From Blastocladiella emersonii ATCC 22665 (Eukaryota > Fungi > Blastocladiomycota): 64,000 nt of DNA. A model generated the notes under the pieces. It did not search any database. It was not told the origin of the DNA and saw nothing but the letters and a program-made list of their open reading frames with translations. Numbering within the stretch: position 1 is the stretch's first letter; each line of letters starts with the position of its first letter. Made by a program: the position numbers and the translations under genes. Location of the stretch: contig JANHCV010000002.1 of the NCBI GenBank assembly GCA_025594325.1, positions 868,001 through 932,000 of the forward strand, written 5' to 3'. This document shows positions 23,708-35,600 of this stretch, piece by piece.

Positions 23708-24140
23708 GAACGGGTGGGGATGTGGTGTGGCGAAGGATGGTTCGGTTTGCAAGTGGCAGAAAGTGTGGCGGCGGGTCCTCGGCGTCGTCGTCGTCCGGTT
23801 GCGGGTGGTTGATGGGAGAGGCGACAGCGAGGGTCCGCGGAAGACTTAAAAGGCGGGTGCCTCGGTTCTATGATGCGAGTCGTGTGTGTACTCTTCGTGC
23901 TTGCGAATGCGGGGGAGAGAGAGCGTCCGGGCGGGCGACGTTGGGCGTGCAAGCGGCGCAAGCGGCGTCATGGCGCAAATGAACCTTGGGCGGCGGCGCC
24001 CGCGCACGCGTGCACGGCGTTTCACCTCGCCACGCCTTGCCGCCCGCGTCGCCGCCGCCCCCAACCCACCGCGTGCGTGGCCGCCACGGATTCGCCCGAG
24101 CGACGCGCAGGGGCCGACTTGGTGCACTGCATATCCCACC

Positions 24141-24724
24141 ATGAGCTCGTTCGGCATGTCCACGGCCACCGCGGGCGGCGGCGGCGACGCGCGGCCCGCG
24201 GCCATGAGCCAGGCCGAGCAGGGGTTCCACCACCGCCTCGACGCCGAGCTGCGCGCCCTGCGCCAGAACATGGAGGCTGCGTTTGACCTCGCGCGCGTGC
24301 GTGCTTCCCCTAAGGCCTCTCTCAGTTGCCGTCTTGGTCTGACAGTGATAGTGTAGATGGGCGGCCGCGATCGCCTCGCCGAGACCAACGACGAGCTGCA
24401 GCTGCAGTACCGGACAACCGCCATCGTGCGTTCACTCCTTCTCTCACCTGTCCCCGAGTCCTCCGCTCACTCGCGCCCCCTCGCGTGTAGCTCCGGTCGG
24501 CTCACACCATCACGGCCATGGCGACCCAGCTCAAGCAGCTCCTGCTCCTCGGCGACGTGGCCTCGCGACACGCCCTCGTCGCCCAGCGCGCACATGCCGT
24601 CCAGCGCACCACCGCCGACAACAAGGCGCTCCTCGCCAAGCTCGCCCTCGAGGCCGCCGACGCCGCCAACGAGATCGACGAGTGTCTCTGGCTGCACTGC
24701 GCCCCCGAGACAAACCGTTTATGA
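24141..24724 (+). CDS. MED22: Mediator subunit 22 (Srb6/Surf5 family); join(24141..24296,24357..24425,24491..24724), about 152 aa
   Basis: Spliced RLDAELRALRQNM...YRTTAILRSAHTITAMATQLKQLLLLGD resembles the Med22 pattern. Both introns are canonical and preserve the frame. Confidence 0.7.
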
Positions 24725-25027
24725 CAAAAGAAACCTTGATTCATTCTGCTCGAGCTGCTGAGGAGGGGGAGGAGAGAGGAGACGAAGAGAGCTGCGCCAC
24801 AACGAGAACCCCGCGCGCTCGCATCAGCTGATGCAGCGTGACGGCCGCCAAACTTTGCATCGGCCGGTTTCCGCCTCACCATCGCAGCGCTGCCACGCCG
24901 CCAGCGCGCGCGCGGTGGGCCGCGGCGGCCGCGCTCATCGCCGCCCTTCATCGCGCGCCGCGTGGCCTCGACGACGACGACGACGCCACTTTCTGCAACG
25001 TATCGCTCCGCACACCCATCAACCACC

Positions 25028-25300
25028 ATGGCTGCCCCCGAGACCGGCATCACCCGCACCATCTACAACTCGTTCCTGCGCCGGAACACGGTCTTCGTCG
25101 GCACCCTCTTCGTCACGGCCTTCGCCTTCGAGGTCGCCTACGACAAGTTCACCAACTCGCTCTGGGAGTCGCGCAACAAGGGCGTGCGTATCTGGCCCCC
25201 TGCGCCCGCGTCGCGGTGGTGTGCGGATTGCTCACCCTCTGCCGATGCGCCATGCGTGTAGAAGCTCTGGAAGGACATCAAGGACAACTACGGCAACTAA
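25028..25300 (+). CDS. QCR9: Cytochrome bc1 complex subunit 9; join(25028..25183,25262..25300), 64 aa
   Basis: IYNSFLRRNTVFVGTLFVTAFAFEVAYDKFTNSLWESRNKG|KLWKDIK. Confidence 0.93.
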
Positions 25301-25940
25301 ACGCCGCGTGTGTGTGTCCCTCCTTCTCTACCACCACCCCATAGCTCAACCGCTGCGTTGTCGCCATGACGGACCCGCGCCCCTGAGGTCCCGCCGTGCG
25401 GCGACATGGCCCTGTAACCACCTCGCCCCCTCCCTCTGTCTGTTTCGTTGTTTGATACACTTGTCGCTGCTCCTCCGCCTCCGCCTTCGCCCTGTCGCCG
25501 CGCGGGACTGAAGCGCCTCTACCGATTGGGAATGAACGTTTGATTCGAGACCCTCCGCCCACTGAGAGATGTGTCTGCTTGCTCGCTCTACCGACAAACA
25601 CGGGAAGGTGATTCAAAACTGCTTCGTGGTAGTATATGAGAGAAAGGGAGCAGCGCGCGCGACCACATAAACAGCGGGGCGAGAAGTGACGATCTCGACG
25701 CCGCCGCGGCCATGGTCGCGCGCGTGCTCGTGGCCGTGGACGGAAACGCGTCCACGACTACCCATCGCTCACAAAAACACACACGAGGGAACAAAATGGG
25801 AGGAATGGGAGGGTGATGGAGGAGGGAATGGTACAAAATTGCTTCTTCGTTGAGGGGGTTGCGATTCTTCTTCTCGTTCTCGTCGCGTCGCCGTCGCCGT
25901 CGCCGTCGCCGTCGCGTAGGGCTCGTCGCACACGACCGCT

Positions 25941-28900
25941 TTACAGCGCATCGTGATTCAATCCCCAGCGCTTGGCCTGTGTCTTGAACATAGCGCGTCC
26001 AGTCACAAGAGGCGACGTGAAGTCGCGGTTGATGCCCATGTACAGCGTCATGTCGCGGGCGCCGAGGACCATGGGCCGGATCAGGTGGTCGTCGCTGAAC
26101 TTGATCACCGACACGCGGTCGGGCCGGCGCAGCAGCCCGTTCTTGACAATGAACACCACGGGCAAGTCGTCGTCGTCGAGCCCGACGCCCACGCCGAGAC
26201 GCAGCGGCCGCGAGAAGCTCACGTACTCGACCGACGCCGCCGTGTTGGCCGCGGGCGACGGCGTCTTGGCGGACGGCTCCTCGTCGGCAGCAGCAGCGGC
26301 CGCAGCGACACCGGCGTCCTCGATCTCGGACGCGGCATCGATCAGCGACTCAACCTTGCTCGCCACGTCGTCGTCCGTCACCAGCACGGGCTCGCCGCCG
26401 ATTTCGGACGACGGGGACGGCGTGGACACGACCTCGACGACCGTCTCGATGGTGGTCTCGGTCACGATCTCGGTGGTCGACTCGGTCGTCGACGACTCGA
26501 CCGTCACCTCGGCCACGGACTCGGTCGTTGCCTCGGCCGTCTCGACGACGGGCGACTCCTCGATGGTGGCAGCGGCAGCGACGACCTCCTCGGCCTCGAC
26601 CGCGGGCTCGGCCGCGAGGGCGATCTCGGGGACAACCGCCTCCTCCTCCTCGGCAGCGAGGATCTCGGCGGCGACCTGCTTGACCTCCTCGATGGCGTTG
26701 ACCGGGACCGCGGCAGCCGCAGCCGCCGACTTGCGCACGACGCCAGGGCCCGTGAAGTCGTCAACGACGGCGTACCGGTAAATGGCGAACTGGCCCTCAC
26801 CGGTACGCTCCTTGAACTCGAGGTCAAAGTCGCCGTCGTCGCGGTCGACAAAGTTGATGACCGTGGGCGTCGAGATCTCGAGCCCGCCCGCGAGCTTGCG
26901 GGCGAGCGCCGGGAGGAGCGTAGTCCAGACGCGCCCGTTGCCCGGGTGCAGCGCCGGGTAGTGGACGAGCATCTCGACGCCGAGCCCGAACACGAACAGC
27001 AGGTTGACGGCGGCCTGCTGGACGCCGACGGCCGTCAGCGGGCTCGCCGCGTCGACCGCCGGGAGCAGGCGCGTCTCAAAGTACAGGTCCGGGTACACGG
27101 GGATCCCGCGCGTCGCGGGCGCCGTCACGGGGGACACGTACGGCGTGTCGTGCGGGATCGCGGGCGGCGCGCGCACGGCGAGGTCGCCCGACGTGTACTC
27201 GGCGAGCGGCTCGACGCCCGAGGCCAGCGCGCGGCCCAGCGCCGTGTACCCCGCGGGCAGCTTGGCGTCGTAGTCGAGGAAGTCGGCGATCGCCACGTTG
27301 ATGGACCCGACCGTCATGCACGGGAACCACGCGCGCGTCTCGGTGTCGACGTCGCGGAACAGAACGATGGGCTCGAACCCGGGCGCCGCCGCGCTAATGG
27401 TGCGCTCGCGCGCGTCGAACAGCATGAACAGCGTGTCGAACCCGCGGATCCCGACGTCGACGACGCGGAACGAGCCGCGGTGCGTGGCCGTCATGGGCGC
27501 CGCGTTGTACACGTACGACTCGGCGTCGTACCCGAAATCGCGGCCGCCCGTGCCAAGGTCAGCGGCGCGCGTGCACCACCCGACCGTGATCTGCGCCTCG
27601 TCGTTGAGCCGCACCGCGAACGCGTACCGGCCGGTACTGCCCGGCGCGATCCCGTGCGACGCGACGGCCGCGTTCACGACGCCGTTGCCGTTGAGCACCA
27701 GGTTGCCGCGCACACCCGTGTACACGCTGCCCGTGACGGTCGCCCAGTGCAGGGCGTCGCGGCGCGGCGCGTCGACGGCCGCGCGCCACATGAGCTCCTG
27801 CAGCGCCGTCGTGATGGCCGACGGCGTGTTGACGCCCGTGCACATGAGCCGCGGCGACTTCATGACGGGCAGCTCGTACAGCGCCTGCGACGCGGCAAAG
27901 TCGCCCTGCGCCATGACGATCAGGGCGTCGTGCGTCAGGTTGTCCTGCGAGAAGCGCGACGCGTTGACGGCGAGCAGCGACCGCTGTGCGAGCGCCAGGT
28001 GGCGGGTCTCGGCGTAGTGCGAGAAGTTGGCCGCAATGAGCGAGGCCTGGCCGAGCAGCAGCCGCACGAAATCGCCGCCGACCTCGACCAGCTCCAGGTC
28101 GCGCGCAAACTCGTTGACGCCGTTGACGGTGCCGCCGCGCATCGACCGGCCCGTGTCGGCCGCGTACTGCTCGAGCACGTCGCCGAGGCGCACCATCGCG
28201 TACACGCCGCCCTGGCTGTCGAGGACAAACAGCTCGAGCACCTTGGTCGACATCTCGAAGATGCCCTCGAGCGTGTCGCGCGCCACGGCCCACAGCTCCG
28301 TGACGATGGCGGGCGTGAGCTGCGTCATGGCGCCGGCCACGAGCCCCGTCACCTTGTTGAGCCGCTCGAGCGCCACGCCCAGCAGGTCGCGCTGCACCTC
28401 GCCCTCGAGCCGGTTCGAGTCGACGAGCGCCTTGGCCATGACGACCACCTCGGTCAGCGTCGAGTGCACGGCCACGAACACGGGCACGTGGTGGATCTGG
28501 ACCAGCTCGCCGACGAGGTGCGGCGCCGCGTCGACGAGCGCCGCGAGGACGCGCGGGATCAGCGACTCGTCGCGCGTCGCCGGGTCAAAGTGCAGCCGCT
28601 TGATGAGGCCGCGCAGGCCCGCCTCGAGCAGCTCCTCGGCGACCGTGGCCGCGTCGTCGCCGCGCACCGACTGCAGGTGGAACGTGAGGACGCGGAGGAA
28701 CGCGAGGTCGTTCTCCGAGTTCTCCTCGTCGAGCAGCTTCGGGAGCGCCGCGAGCAGCGTGGCCTGGATCCGCGGCCGGTTCGCCGCGTCCACCGTGTGC
28801 GCAAACGCCCACGCCTTGGTCGACGTGAGCAGCTCCTCGTAGGCGAACTCGAGCAGGTACGACGTGCGCAGCGTCTCGAGCAGCGTCGGCGTGTGCGGCA

Positions 28901-30413
28901 GCGCGAGCGACGTCCAGATCAGCTCCATGGAGATGGAGTAGTTCCAGCGCGTCGCGAGGTACTTGCGCAGGGCGGGGCTGTTGGCGAAGATGGTCGGCAG
29001 GCGGCCGGGGTGCTGGCCGATGGCGACGAGGGCGGCGCCGGCCGCGACGCCCGACAGCTGCGAGATCTTGGCGGTGAAGAGCTCGACGAACTCGTCGCCG
29101 AGGTTCTCGAACATGGACACGTCCTCGCCGTACCGCAGCATCATGGCGAGCGCGTGGAAGGCGATGTTGACGGGCGCCTTGATAGGCTCCTGCTGCAGGT
29201 ACGAGACGCGGACCTGGACCATGTCCGACTCCTCGAGCAGCCAGTTGTACACGGCCATGTCGATGGCCTCGTCGGCCCAGTCCTTGATGATGCGCTTGCG
29301 CACGTCCTCGGGCGACAGGTTGACGAGGTCCGTGAGCAGCGCGCACGCCACGGCGCGCGGGTGGTCGGGCGTCGAGTTGTCACGCGCAATCGCCAGCAGG
29401 CTCGAGTGCAGGCCGACCTTGACGAGCGCCGCCTTGTTGGGCGACATGCGCACCAGGACGCCGAGCAGGTTGCCGAACCGGCTCTGCAGGCCCGACGGCA
29501 CGCGGTTCAGGTTGGCGAGGAGCTTCATGAGGTACTCGAGGTACGGGCCGGCCTTGACGAGGATGTCGGCGACCGACGGCGCCACCATGAGGAACGACGC
29601 GACAATATCGTGCTGCAGCACCTCGATCTCGAGCGACGGCTCCTTGGACACGTTCTCGACGATCTCGAGCATCACGTCGCCGCCCAGGAGCTTGGCGTGC
29701 TCGGCTAGAGGGGGGGGGGGGGGGGTTCGAGCGGTTAGCGTGTGGGACGGTGCCGTGGCCGCGAAGGAGAGTCAACGTACGGTTCTCGATGAGACCCGAG
29801 ATGAGCGAGTAGCCGAGCTGGCGCGTCGGCGTGTCCTCGGACTTGATCATGGAGAGGAGAAGGTCGGCGCCGGCCTCTACAAGGTTCGAGTCTCGTCAGT
29901 CCGGTCGATACACGGTCAGCCGCAGTGTCACCACGTACGGTCGAGAGAGAGCTTCGTGCACATGTTGTTGCCCCTACGTTCACGCGAAACATGCGTTAGC
30001 GACGCTGCTTCACAGCAAGCCCCAAAGCAGCAGAACACGTACTTGGTGATGAGGTCGTCCGAGTTCTCGTCGCCGCCTTGGAGCAGGTTGAAGGCGTCGA
30101 CAATGAACTTCATGTCCTCCTCGGACATGGCGCCGCCGAACAGCTTGCTCTGGTACTTGGCGAACACGGACGACGACGAAGAGGACGACGCCGAGGTCGC
30201 CGACTTGCCGGAAGCGTCATCGGCGGGGGCAGCCGCCTCCTTGGACGGCGCGGCGCCGCGGTCGGCCGCCGCCGAGTCGGAGCCGGCGGTCAGCGCACGC
30301 TGGCGGCGGCCGAGCGTGACGGCGGTCGCGGCAGCGGCCACCGACAAGAGCGCCGTAGCGCCAATGAGAAGGGCGCGCCGCGAGGATGTCGGCGCAGAGG
30401 CGGTCGACACCAT
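25941..30413 (-). CDS. Large protein with N-terminal signal-anchor, ARM/HEAT-like helical repeats and SPRY-like domain(s); complement(join(25941..29704,29781..29876,29939..29973,30043..30413)), about 1421 aa
   Basis: Three canonical introns keep the frame. SPRY-like segment GRYAFAVRLNDEAQITVGWCT...FGYDAESYVY...AWFPCMTV. N-terminal hydrophobic helix ALLIGATALLSVAAAATAVTLG. Confidence 0.75.
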
Positions 30414-30889
30414 CGTAGCGGGCTCGGGGGTAGGGTAGTAGAGTGGCTACGAAGCGCGCCGCAGTTGTCAGCAGCTGGCTCGCGGGCAACATTCATGGGA
30501 CTGCTGCTCCTTACATTGTAATACGTTGAGTGGGGTTCGTTCGAGGGAGCGAGAGCGGGGAGGCGGAGGGGCCTTGTGGCTTTTGAGGACCGGAACTCGA
30601 GGTCGCTGCAAGCTCGCCCGCTTCCTCCTCTCCTTGCGCTGCCCGACCGACGAACACGTTCGTCAGACCCCGGATATGAGTCGATACCGGAGCGGGGGAC
30701 GCACATGGATACGCGGGTCGGAAGAGGGTATTCCTCCGGCTACCAACGTGTCCAACGCGAGTGCAGACACGCGCGCCCCAAGCGCGAGCGCAATCACGTC
30801 GATCATCAATCTCGCGAGTCTGAATCCGGTGGTCAGTGCACAAAGTAGAGTGACTGAGCAAAGCGCTGTACGAGCGTGGTGTATTACAT

Positions 30890-32233
30890 CTACTGCTGGC
30901 TGACGCGGTCGAGCTCGGCGTAGAAGGCGGCCTTGACGGCGTCGAGACCGGACTTGGCGGCGGCCTGCAGGGCCTCGCGGAGGGCGACGAGGCGGGGCAG
31001 GTCCTCCTTGAGGCCCTCGAGGACGACCTCGACGTCGATGGACGTCTTCTCCATGACCTGGGCGGTCGGGGCCTCGGCGAGGTACGTGAAGTCCTTGACG
31101 ACGATCTGCTTGATGGCCTTCTTCTCCTTCTTGACCTTGTCCTTGAGCTCCTTCTTGGCGACCTTGTCGGCGTCGGCGGCGGCCTTCTTGGCGACCTCGG
31201 CCTCGGCGGCAGCCTTGGCAGCGGCCTCCTCGGCAGCCTTCTTGGCCGCGGCCTCGTCGGCGGCCTTCTTGGCGGCGGCGGCCGCGCCACCGGGGGCAGC
31301 GGTAGCGCCACGGCCGGCGGCCTTGGCCTTCTTGGCGGCCTTGTCGTCCTCCTTGTACTGCTTCATGCGCACGTCGACCTTGAGGACGCGGTCAATGAAG
31401 CTGCGGAGGCGGGCGTTGTCCTCGTTCTTCTTGCGGGCGCGCTCCGACTTGTTCTTGCCCTCGAGGTAGCGCTTGTGGTCGCGGTTGGACGAGGCGTCGA
31501 CGTCGTCCTTGTCCTCGTACTCGAAGGAGCGGAACGAGTCAAAGTCGTACCAGAACTTGTAGAAGCCCTCGACGTCCTTGCGGGCCGAGGTCGAGTTGCC
31601 GATGGAGGGGACCTTGGCCTTCTTGGAGAAGCGGGCCTCGCGCTTGAAGATCTTCTCGACGGCGGGGTAGAAGTGCTCGTCGGGGCCCTGCTCCCAGAGG
31701 GCCTTGAGCTCGGCCTCGGACGGGGTCGCGTCCGAGACGCCCTTGTCGCACGAGTCGTACTGGCGGCGCTTCTCGGGGTCGGACAGCGTGTCCCAGGCCT
31801 TCTGGATGCACTTGAAGACGGCGTCGTTGTCGGCGCCCATGGCCGCCATCTTGTCGGGGTGGTGCTTGAGCACGCGCTTGCGGTGCGCGGCCTTGATCTC
31901 GTCGTAGGTGGCCAGGTACCGCTGCTCGCTGAGGCCCAGCACGCGGTAGTGGTCCTGCTTGCGCCACTCCTTGGGGTCGAGCTCGAGCAGGAACTCCTCG
32001 TCCGCGTCCTCGTCGTCCGACTCCTCGGCCGGGAACTCGTCGACCGTCTTGTCGCCGAAGAGGGCGGCGATCGCGGCCTCGTCGGTCGGGTCGGCGCGCG
32101 CGAAGAAGCGCGGCGACGCAATGTCGATGGGCAGCGAGCGGGGAGCCGTCAGCGGCTCGACCACGCGGGTCTTGGCCTTGAGCAGGGCCGCGGGTGCGGC
32201 GGGCAGCACGAGGTCGAGCGTGAGGATCGTCAT
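30890..32233 (-). CDS. ZUO1: Zuotin (ribosome-associated complex J-protein), about 447 aa, intronless
   Basis: DPKEWRKQDHYRVLGL, J-domain HHPDK, FWYDFDSFRSFEY, RDHKRYLEGKNKSERARKKNED. Confidence 0.95.
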   Translation of the reverse strand: MTILTLDLVLPAAPAALLKAKTRVVEPLTAPRSLPIDIASPRFFARADPTDEAAIAALFGDKTVDEFPAEESDDEDADEEFLLELDPKEWRKQDHYRVLGLSEQRYLATYDEIKAAHRKRVLKHHPDKMAAMGADNDAVFKCIQKAWDTLSDPEKRRQYDSCDKGVSDATPSEAELKALWEQGPDEHFYPAVEKIFKREARFSKKAKVPSIGNSTSARKDVEGFYKFWYDFDSFRSFEYEDKDDVDASSNRDHKRYLEGKNKSERARKKNEDNARLRSFIDRVLKVDVRMKQYKEDDKAAKKAKAAGRGATAAPGGAAAAAKKAADEAAAKKAAEEAAAKAAAEAEVAKKAAADADKVAKKELKDKVKKEKKAIKQIVVKDFTYLAEAPTAQVMEKTSIDVEVVLEGLKEDLPRLVALREALQAAAKSGLDAVKAAFYAELDRVSQQ

Positions 32234-32642
32234 GGTGTGGGTATGTGCTACGTGGTGGACCGTGCGGGCGATCTGGCCGTGAGCGAGACGAGGTCGTTCG
32301 TTGAGCGTGGCGGCCGTCCAGCGACCCGGGAGGTTTGTGTGGCGCATCACATGGATCCGCGTGGGCGCGTCGCTAACGCGTTCGAGTGACTCCCCCTCTC
32401 AGCGCACGTGCGCGAGCTGCCGCACGCGCGCGCACGCACGTCGACTGAGTCCCACCTTTCCGCTGGCTGCTGAACCGACACTGGGTCGCCGTGAATCCGC
32501 GCTCCCTCGCACGTTAAAGCCGCGGCGCAGCCCACTCGGATCCGTCACTCACCGACTTCCTGCAGCGGATCACGCACCGCCCGCTGTCACCCGCGTCGAC
32601 GCACCCGCCCATCGAACGAACGCGAGTATCATCATCGCCACC

Positions 32643-35600
32643 ATGCCCCCGAGACGCAGCACCCGTGCCGCCTCCGCCGCCGCGGCTGCCGACGACGACG
32701 ACGTCGTGATCATCAAGGACGAGCCCATGGTCGACGTCAAGCCCGAGCCGGGCACCGCTGCCGACGACGACGGCGAGGCCTCCTCGTCCTCGCGCAAGCG
32801 CCCGCTGCGCCGGAGCGCGCGTGCGTCGGCTGCCGCGCTCGCGGCCGTCGCTGCCGCCGAGGGCCGCCTCGAAGACGCCGAGGCCATGGAGGTCGACGTG
32901 ATCGCGCAGATCAAGACCGAGAAGGGCGCCGGCGGCGACTACGCCGCCCACGACGAGGAGGGCAGCGAGTCCGACTTCAGCGAGCCCGAGATCCAGCCCG
33001 CACCGAAACGCGCCCGCAAGTCGCCCGCCGCGTCCACCGCCGCCAAGGGGAAGGGCAAGGCCAAGGCTGCCGCCCCCGCGCCTGCCGCTGTCGCCGTCAA
33101 GCAGGAGCTGTCGTCGATCCCCGACCCGAACGCCGCTGCCGCTGCTGCGATCGCTGCGGCCAACGCGGCGGCTGCTGCCTACGCTGCCGGCGCGCCGCTG
33201 CCGGCCATGACGAGCTCGGCCGCTGCTGCCCGCCCGCTGCAGTCCCAGTCCCAGTCGCAGTCCCAGACCATCGTACTCGACGGCGACGACGACGAGGAGC
33301 AGCAGGAGGACGAGACCGCCGAGGCCCCGCAGCAGCCCCAGGTCGACCCCGTCGTCGCCGCGCGCCGCGCCCAGGCCAACCGCGCCGCCAACGGCTGGTG
33401 GATCCCCTTCCCGTACCACCCCGTGTTCGAGAAGCGCGAGGGCGCCGAGGACGTGCCCTACATCCCCGCCGACGACGAGGACGACAACGGCACCGGCGCC
33501 GTCGACGACAAGAAGGACATCAAGAACCAGCACGTCGACGACCAGCCCGGTACGCGCTCACGCTCATACTTCCCGTCCGACCGATCAGCGCGGAGGACTG
33601 ACCCGAATCTCGCTCGCTTCCTAGACATGTACCTCGGCTCCGAGCTCTGCACCCACACGTTCCGCCTGCCCATGCCCAACGACGGCCTCGACGCGGACGG
33701 CAAGTGGGTCCGCGACGACCTGCCCATCCTCGCCGAGGCCACGATGCGCACCGAGCCCGTCGTGCGCGTCACCCGCCAGGTCCGCACCGAGCCCGGCAAC
33801 CCGCGCTCCACGCAGCACGGCGTCACGGAGACGATCACGTACCGCCACCCGCAGCAGCCCGACACCTGGACCACCGCCGCCCTCAGCAAGGTCAAGGCGA
33901 CCGAGTTTGTCGACGTGGCCCGCGCCGACCCCTACTACGCCGACGACGAGAAGAACAACAACTGGTTCCTCAAGCACGAGCAGGTCCTCATCATGAACCT
34001 GTGGCAGCTCGAGACCGACGCCACCTACGTCGAGGAGGACCCGTACCTGCTCGACCAGGACGACGGCGTGATCGCCGAGTCGCGACGCACCGGCCGCGCC
34101 CTCCGCGCCCGCGCCGAGCGCGCCGGCGACCTGCTCCTCCCCGAGTCGGGCCTCGGCAGCCGCCGCCTCAACGTGACGCTGCGCGAGACCATGCTGCCGT
34201 ACGTGCGCATCGTGCTGCGCCCCGTCCACGGCAAGGCGTACCCGCTCAACGGGACCAAGTTCGTGTACCGGTGGATGGTGTACCTGCGCACCGCGCAGGC
34301 CAACCACGACCTGCGCGGCCACGCCGCCGGCGCCCGCCGCGTCATGCGCATGCTCCTCGACGCCTACTCGCCCGGCCGCTACAAGCAGGTCGAGTCGCCG
34401 ACGTACGGCCGCCAGCGCCACTACCACAACTACGACGACAACGGCAACCCGCTGTACCAGGGCGACGGTGGCGACGCCGACGAACCGGTCCCCGAGCTCG
34501 AGGTGCCCGAGGTCCACGAGGTCACCGAGACCACGGGCGCACTCGTCCGCACCCCGCCCGGGTTCAAGCTCGAGCTGCACGACTACCAGCGCCGCGTCGC
34601 TACGTGGCTCCATGACCTCGAGGGCCGCCCCGAGGCCCGCACCTTCTCGATCCCCGACGGCGAGGGCAACACGGCCTTCATCCGTCTCGGCCGCCGCGGC
34701 ATGCTGTACCACTACACCCTGCGCGATTTCGCCGAGTCGGACGAGACGTGGACCGTCAAGGTGGCCAAGCCGCTCAAGACGATCCAGTGCCGCGGCGCCA
34801 TCGAGGCGTCCAAGGTCGGCAGCGGCAAGACGATCCTCGCCCTCGCCATGGTCGCGGCGCTGCCGTTCCGCTCGCGCGCCGAGATGGGCATGGACGACGA
34901 CCCGATCGACCGCAACAAGTACGTCCCGTGCATGTCGACGCTTGTCGTGTGCCGGTCGGACCTGGTCGCGCAGTGGAAGGCCGAGGCGGCCAAGGCACTG
35001 CCCGACGGCAAGCGCGTGCTGCAGCTGACGACGATCCACGAGTACCGCAACATGTCGTGGAACGACATTGTCACGGCCGACGTGGTGCTCGTGTCGACGG
35101 CGTTCCTGCAGAACGTCAACTACCGCAACCGCATCTGCGAGCTCGCGGGCGAGCCCAAGTACCAGAACCCGCTGCCGCGCGGCGCCAACCTGCGCACCGA
35201 GTCGTTCGACGGCGCGCGCATCGACTTCTCGCACTCGCTTGCCGACCACGTCCAGGACCTGCTCGCGCAGGGCCGCGCCGTGTACGGTAACACGCGCGGC
35301 GCCATCATCCTCGAGCGGTGCTGGTTCCACCGCGTCATCGTCGACGAGCTGCACGAGTTTGTCGGCGGCGAGGACCTCAACGCGTCCGAGCGGTACTGGC
35401 AGCGCCGCGGCGCCGCGCCCGGCGACGAGCGCGACAAGACGGTCAAGATGTCGGCGTCGGTGCGCAAGCTCGCCAACGAGACGCGCGCCTTCCTCCTCGC
35501 CCTGCGCACACGGTTCATCCTCGGGCTCACGGGCTCACCAGTCCTCGACAACATCGGCGCCGCGCACCGCCTGCTCAACCTCGTCCAGGTCAACGACCTG

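Noticed and set aside
29710-29725. 16-nt G run as a G-quadruplex or regulatory element
   Set aside because: It is the C-rich pyrimidine tract just before the acceptor of intron 3 on the minus strand.
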